This document shows, one piece after another, positions 59,680 to 64,000 of a stretch of 64,000 nt of DNA. This DNA is from Zancudomyces culisetae HAW-14-8 (lineage: Eukaryota; Fungi; Kickxellomycota). How positions within the stretch are numbered: the first letter of the stretch is position 1; each line of letters begins with the position of its first letter. The notes under the pieces were generated by a model, which was not told where the DNA came from, did no database searches, and worked only from the letters and a program-made list of their open reading frames with translations. The stretch is taken from positions 2,170,001-2,234,000 of the forward strand of contig JBNJNM010000011.1 in NCBI GenBank assembly GCA_052426225.1. The letters are read 5' to 3'. The translations under genes were made by a program, and so were the position numbers.

Positions 59680-60621
59680 ACACGACCGACCATCCTTAAC
59701 CAATAGTGCTTCTAATACGTATGGATGCGTATATATACCCTACACTGTTGTGTCTTATTTCTGCTTTAATATATCACTTTTCTTCGACCATCGCTCTTCA
59801 TTATTTCGTCTTTTTTCTTGAGGGTCGTGTGTTGTTTTAGTTAAGAATAAATAAATAAAAAAATAAAGAGATTCGGCTAGAGCTTATTACTCAGGTGAAA
59901 CTGGGCCAGTTTATGAATTTTATTCAAGACGAATTGTATTTCCTGCTTAAACATGGAAACTGGCTAGTAAAACTCAATACCATGACAGTGATACAAAAAA
60001 TACTCTAGCCATCACGTCCTTGGGGCTGAATGCCTTTTATTAAACGCTGAATTCCATTAACTAACTCTACTATATCTGCCACTTCGTTCAGTGCAGACTA
60101 CAGAATTGAACACCGAAACAAAATGCAGCATCATTTTTATTCTCGTATATTGACTCGAAAAAAATGCTTGAAATTGGTCGTAAATATCGGGCTACCAATT
60201 TTTGGCGTTTGATGACGTAAATTCTTGCACAAAAACAAAACAGTAGCAACGAAAGCAATATAAAATTAAAATAATATTAAAAACAAGAATTATTTATAAA
60301 AATCTTGAAAAAAAAATTCCTATCTTTGCAAATACTCATACCAATTGTTCTATACACATCAGTGTAACCACAAAGATTTGTACCGGGGCTTAAGTGTATT
60401 TACTATCTTGGAGGACAATACTCAACATATACAAATCTACCAACCGTAAGCATCTACATATTACCCTCTTCGATAAAATTAAATAAAGACAATACAAAAG
60501 CCAAGCGTAACTTAGTTTTTATTTTCCAACAAAAAGGGAGGCAACACGGCAGTTCATAAGAATTATAAAGAAAAAGTTATTGGAAAAAAAGAAAAGGTAT
60601 AGCTATATATAAACAAGGAAA

Positions 60622-61664
60622 ATGTCTAGACGATACGATTCGAGAACAACGATATTTTCACCTGAAGGTAAATGCAACTCTCACTTTACTTTGGCTCATT
60701 CTTTTCCATAAGCAATTTGAATGGCAGAGTTTTTTACATAGAATTGTATTTGTACTAATAAAATAGGGCGATTGTACCAGGTGGAATATGCGATGGAAGC
60801 AATTTCACATGCAGGAACAGTTTTAGGAATCCTGAGCGATGAGGGAATTGTAATCGCAGCAGTTAGGCAAAAGTTTTCAAAGCTGCTAGAAATTTCGGTT
60901 GAGGGAGAAAAGATTTACGAAATTAACAAGTAATACCAGCGAACAATAACATTCGCTCAACAATCCTGAGCATTTATATCCATTTCCGTATTTATATTCC
61001 TGACTTTTGTATATATTTACTAAATAGAAATATAATTGCGGGTGTAGCAGGAATCACCTCCGATGCAAATCTACTTATTAACGAGGGAAGAGTAGTTTCA
61101 CAAGGCTACTTGATGCGATACGACGACCTGATTCCTGTCGAGAATCTAGTAGGTAGACTTTGTGATATCAAGCAGGGTTATACGCAGTTTGGTGGGTTGA
61201 GACCATTTGGTGTATCGTTCGTTGTTGCGGGATGGGATCCAATAATAGGCTTTCAGCTCTACCAAACCGACCCCGCTGGAAACTACTCTGGTTGGAAGGC
61301 CACTTGTGTTGGAGAAAACAGCTCCTCCGCACAAAGCATACTAAAGCAGGAATATAAAAAAGATGAAGATATAGAAATGAGCCTCCAAGATGCAGTAGAT
61401 TTGGCTTGCAAAATCATGGTCAAACTCACTGATACTGCCAAACTTGACAGTGATAATTGTAAGTATACATATGTTCAACAATTCTATTGGTGATGCTTCG
61501 GCATATTCAGGCTAAATACTTTAACTTTTGTTCATTTTATAGTTGAGTTTGCAACCTTGTCACTTGTCGATGGTACACCCAAAATCCACCAATTCACTTC
61601 ATCCGAAACGGATTCGCTGTTGAAAAAACACATAGCAGAAAAAGAGTCAAAGACCGAGGAATAA
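60622..61664 (+). CDS. PRE9: 20S proteasome subunit alpha-3 (introns 60668-60766, 60930-61027, 61459-61542)
   Basis: [32 protein letters not shown]...[15 protein letters not shown]...[11 protein letters not shown]. Confidence 0.96.
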
Positions 61665-62123
61665 TTCGTTCTATTACACTAGTATCACTATTTTATCAGT
61701 ATATTTTAATCTTTAACTATTAAAAACATCAATGTGTTCAAGATATAGATACCAAATTGAGTTTCGATATATTGTGCTAATAAAGGATCTATACACACGC
61801 ATCTATAGCTAACCAAGATATGAACCTTTTTGGTTCTTGTTCTTCCTCTCCCCCTATTCTTTACCGCTTTTGAAAAGCACATCATGAGATTGGACCAGTA
61901 ATCTCAAAAGTAAACAGCACCACCCAATGGCCTTGAAAATTTTTTTTCCATAAAAATCTTAGAAATTAAAAAGCCTTTTTTTGTTACCTATATACTAGAG
62001 TTTTTGGAGGTTGAATATATGATCAACTAGGCATAGCATAGGTACAAAAGATCAATACACGTAGAAAGAGTCAAATATCATCTCAGTTCAAAAAATAAAT
62101 ATCTGGGGAAAAACCGAAGAACA

Positions 62124-63932
62124 ATGAACAAGTATGAATTAGAGCGACAGGAAAACATCCGCAAGAATGAGGAAATACTAAAAAGCTTGGGTTTGTTCAA
62201 ATCCTCAAAACCTGCAGCACCACAAGACCAAAAAAAGCGAGAACAAAAGCCAGCAGAAACCAAAATCAGAACACGAAAAGTTGTGGCCGATGGAAATGAT
62301 GTAGCAGCAAGGAAAAAGGCGCGAGCAAGTGGCAATACCGTCCCAGCGAAAAGCGATAGGGTACTAAGATCTTCAGTGAAAAAAGAGGCTAATGACCAAG
62401 AGGACAATGGAAACCTCAAAGATAAGGGATATAAACTTGAATATGAGCTACTTGAGGGTGGGAGAAGAGGTGCTGGTTCGGGAGCAAATGGAAGAGTCAA
62501 TAACGGATCGCTGGGAAAGGTTGTTGGGCTTGAAGAGGAAGAGACCAAATACTTCAAGTTTATACAAATAAAAAACGAAGAAAACGGTGGTAATAGTGGT
62601 GATGGCTCTGTGAAGATCAAGAACGAAGACACAGGATACACTTTTGAAAGCCAAGAGGCGGTTAGAACGCCCACAGCTCTGGAGAAGTTGGAGCGGGAGG
62701 CCTTGGGAGAAATTTTTTCCGGATTTTCAATTCGACATGCAGCTAAAAATATCCAGATAGCAAGCGACAGAATTTATAGCATGGCGTTCCACCCTTCCCA
62801 GGAAAATGTGTTGGTTTGTGCTGGGGATAAAGTTGGGAGATTGGGATTTTGGAAAGTAAACGGTGATGATTATGTTAGTAAAGACTGGAAAAGAATCCAA
62901 TCCAGAATAGCAGGAAACTTAGATAAAAATGGCTCTAAAAAAGCGATAAAGAAGGAAAAAGGAGTTGATGCTGGTGATGATAGCGACGTCGAGGCCAAAA
63001 TTGAAACATACACTGATGAGGAGCACAGTGTCATAAAGAACGAAAAGCAAGAGACTACAGATGAACAGAGTGACGAGCTGTTTGATTTTCAACCACATTC
63101 GGAGGCGTGTTCTAACATATCCATCCCAACACAGAACCCAAATATGGTATACACAACCGGATATGACGGATCGATTCGACAGTTGGATTTGAGCCATCCA
63201 ACAGGGTTTGTGGAATTATTGAGTCTTGCTGATGACCCAATGATAGTATGTATGGACCTGCAATTCAAAGGGCAACAGCGTGGAAATAGTCCACTGGTCT
63301 GGTTTTCAACCGTCAGTGGGGTATGTGGGTATGTTGACCCTCGAAAACAAAACCATGCTGTTACACACCAGTTTCACGAGAAGCGCATAGGATGTGTTTC
63401 TGTTCATCCAACCGATTCAAACATTGTCGCTACGAGCTCAAATGACCGATCAATCAAGATCTGGGATGTCCGTAATATGATCAAACCAACCTTTACTGAC
63501 GCCACCTCACCACCACAACCCACTCTTTTGGATGAAGCTGGTGAGGTAAATTCGATAACGTCTGTATATTTCAGTCCGGATGGATCCCAATTGTTATCCA
63601 CATCATTCAATAATACAGTTGCAGTATGGTCCTGGGATTCGGCTCAAAAAAGCATCACTGATAAGCAATCTAGATACCACAACAACCGCACTGGTAGATG
63701 GGTTACCATGCTGCGGGCGCGTTGGCATCCATCTCCCTTGTTTCCCCGCTGCTTTGTGGTGGGAAATATGGACCATCGCGTTGATGTCTTTTCTGGTCGC
63801 TCCCTAGACTCTGTAGTATCCCTTTATGACAGAAAAGACGTTACTACAGTCCCCGCGGTTTGCGTTTTCCATCCAGAACTATCAATTATTGCAGCCGGAA
63901 ATGCGAGCGGAAAAATAAACATTTGGTCTTGA
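62124..63932 (+). CDS. CMR1: WD40 DNA-damage-binding protein CMR1/WDR76
   Basis: YELERQENIRKNEEILKSLGL N-terminus; RIYSMAFHPS, AGDKVGRLGFW, HNNRTGRWVT, GNMD, GNASGKINIW. Confidence 0.93.
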   Translation: MNKYELERQENIRKNEEILKSLGLFKSSKPAAPQDQKKREQKPAETKIRTRKVVADGNDVAARKKARASGNTVPAKSDRVLRSSVKKEANDQEDNGNLKDKGYKLEYELLEGGRRGAGSGANGRVNNGSLGKVVGLEEEETKYFKFIQIKNEENGGNSGDGSVKIKNEDTGYTFESQEAVRTPTALEKLEREALGEIFSGFSIRHAAKNIQIASDRIYSMAFHPSQENVLVCAGDKVGRLGFWKVNGDDYVSKDWKRIQSRIAGNLDKNGSKKAIKKEKGVDAGDDSDVEAKIETYTDEEHSVIKNEKQETTDEQSDELFDFQPHSEACSNISIPTQNPNMVYTTGYDGSIRQLDLSHPTGFVELLSLADDPMIVCMDLQFKGQQRGNSPLVWFSTVSGVCGYVDPRKQNHAVTHQFHEKRIGCVSVHPTDSNIVATSSNDRSIKIWDVRNMIKPTFTDATSPPQPTLLDEAGEVNSITSVYFSPDGSQLLSTSFNNTVAVWSWDSAQKSITDKQSRYHNNRTGRWVTMLRARWHPSPLFPRCFVVGNMDHRVDVFSGRSLDSVVSLYDRKDVTTVPAVCVFHPELSIIAAGNASGKINIWS

Positions 63933-64000
63933 TTCTGACCTCATACCACCACCATATATTTTGACTTTGATTTTATTTACGTTTTGTACCAATAATAAAG

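Noticed and set aside
1-64000. CRISPR arrays, operons, prokaryotic defence systems, U12-type introns
   Set aside because: Eukaryotic intron-containing DNA with no repeat-spacer arrays; reconstructed introns are GT-AG without the RTATCCTT donor.

Overview
AT-rich, compact eukaryotic (fungal) genomic DNA with short GT-AG introns. The gene content and a Harpellales-type retroelement ORF suggest an early-diverging fungus, probably a Kickxellomycotina/Harpellales insect-gut fungus (inference). I can support about 24 protein-coding genes, several reconstructed by hand from exons that the ORF track misses or fragments (SPC24, two CYSTM peptides, uS15m, PUP3, DUF962, UXT, SDS3-like, ALG8, BIR1, SPC1, PRE9), plus one tRNA-Ser(UGA) and a solitary DIRS-like gag ORF. 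The most interesting signals are: (1) a small secreted protein with two pacifastin-like (arthropod protease-inhibitor) cysteine modules; (2) a roughly 20-kb domain (23-43 kb) with G/C strand skew that switches independently of gene orientation, microsatellite-bloated intronless genes and a central AT-rich island holding the retroelement remnant (candidate centromere/origin); (3) a 7TM-RGS receptor with a split, divergent RGS domain; (4) several unannotated G-U-rich foldable intergenic segments; and (5) a 12-mer shared upstream of both proteasome genes. All calls are by eye, with no database searches.
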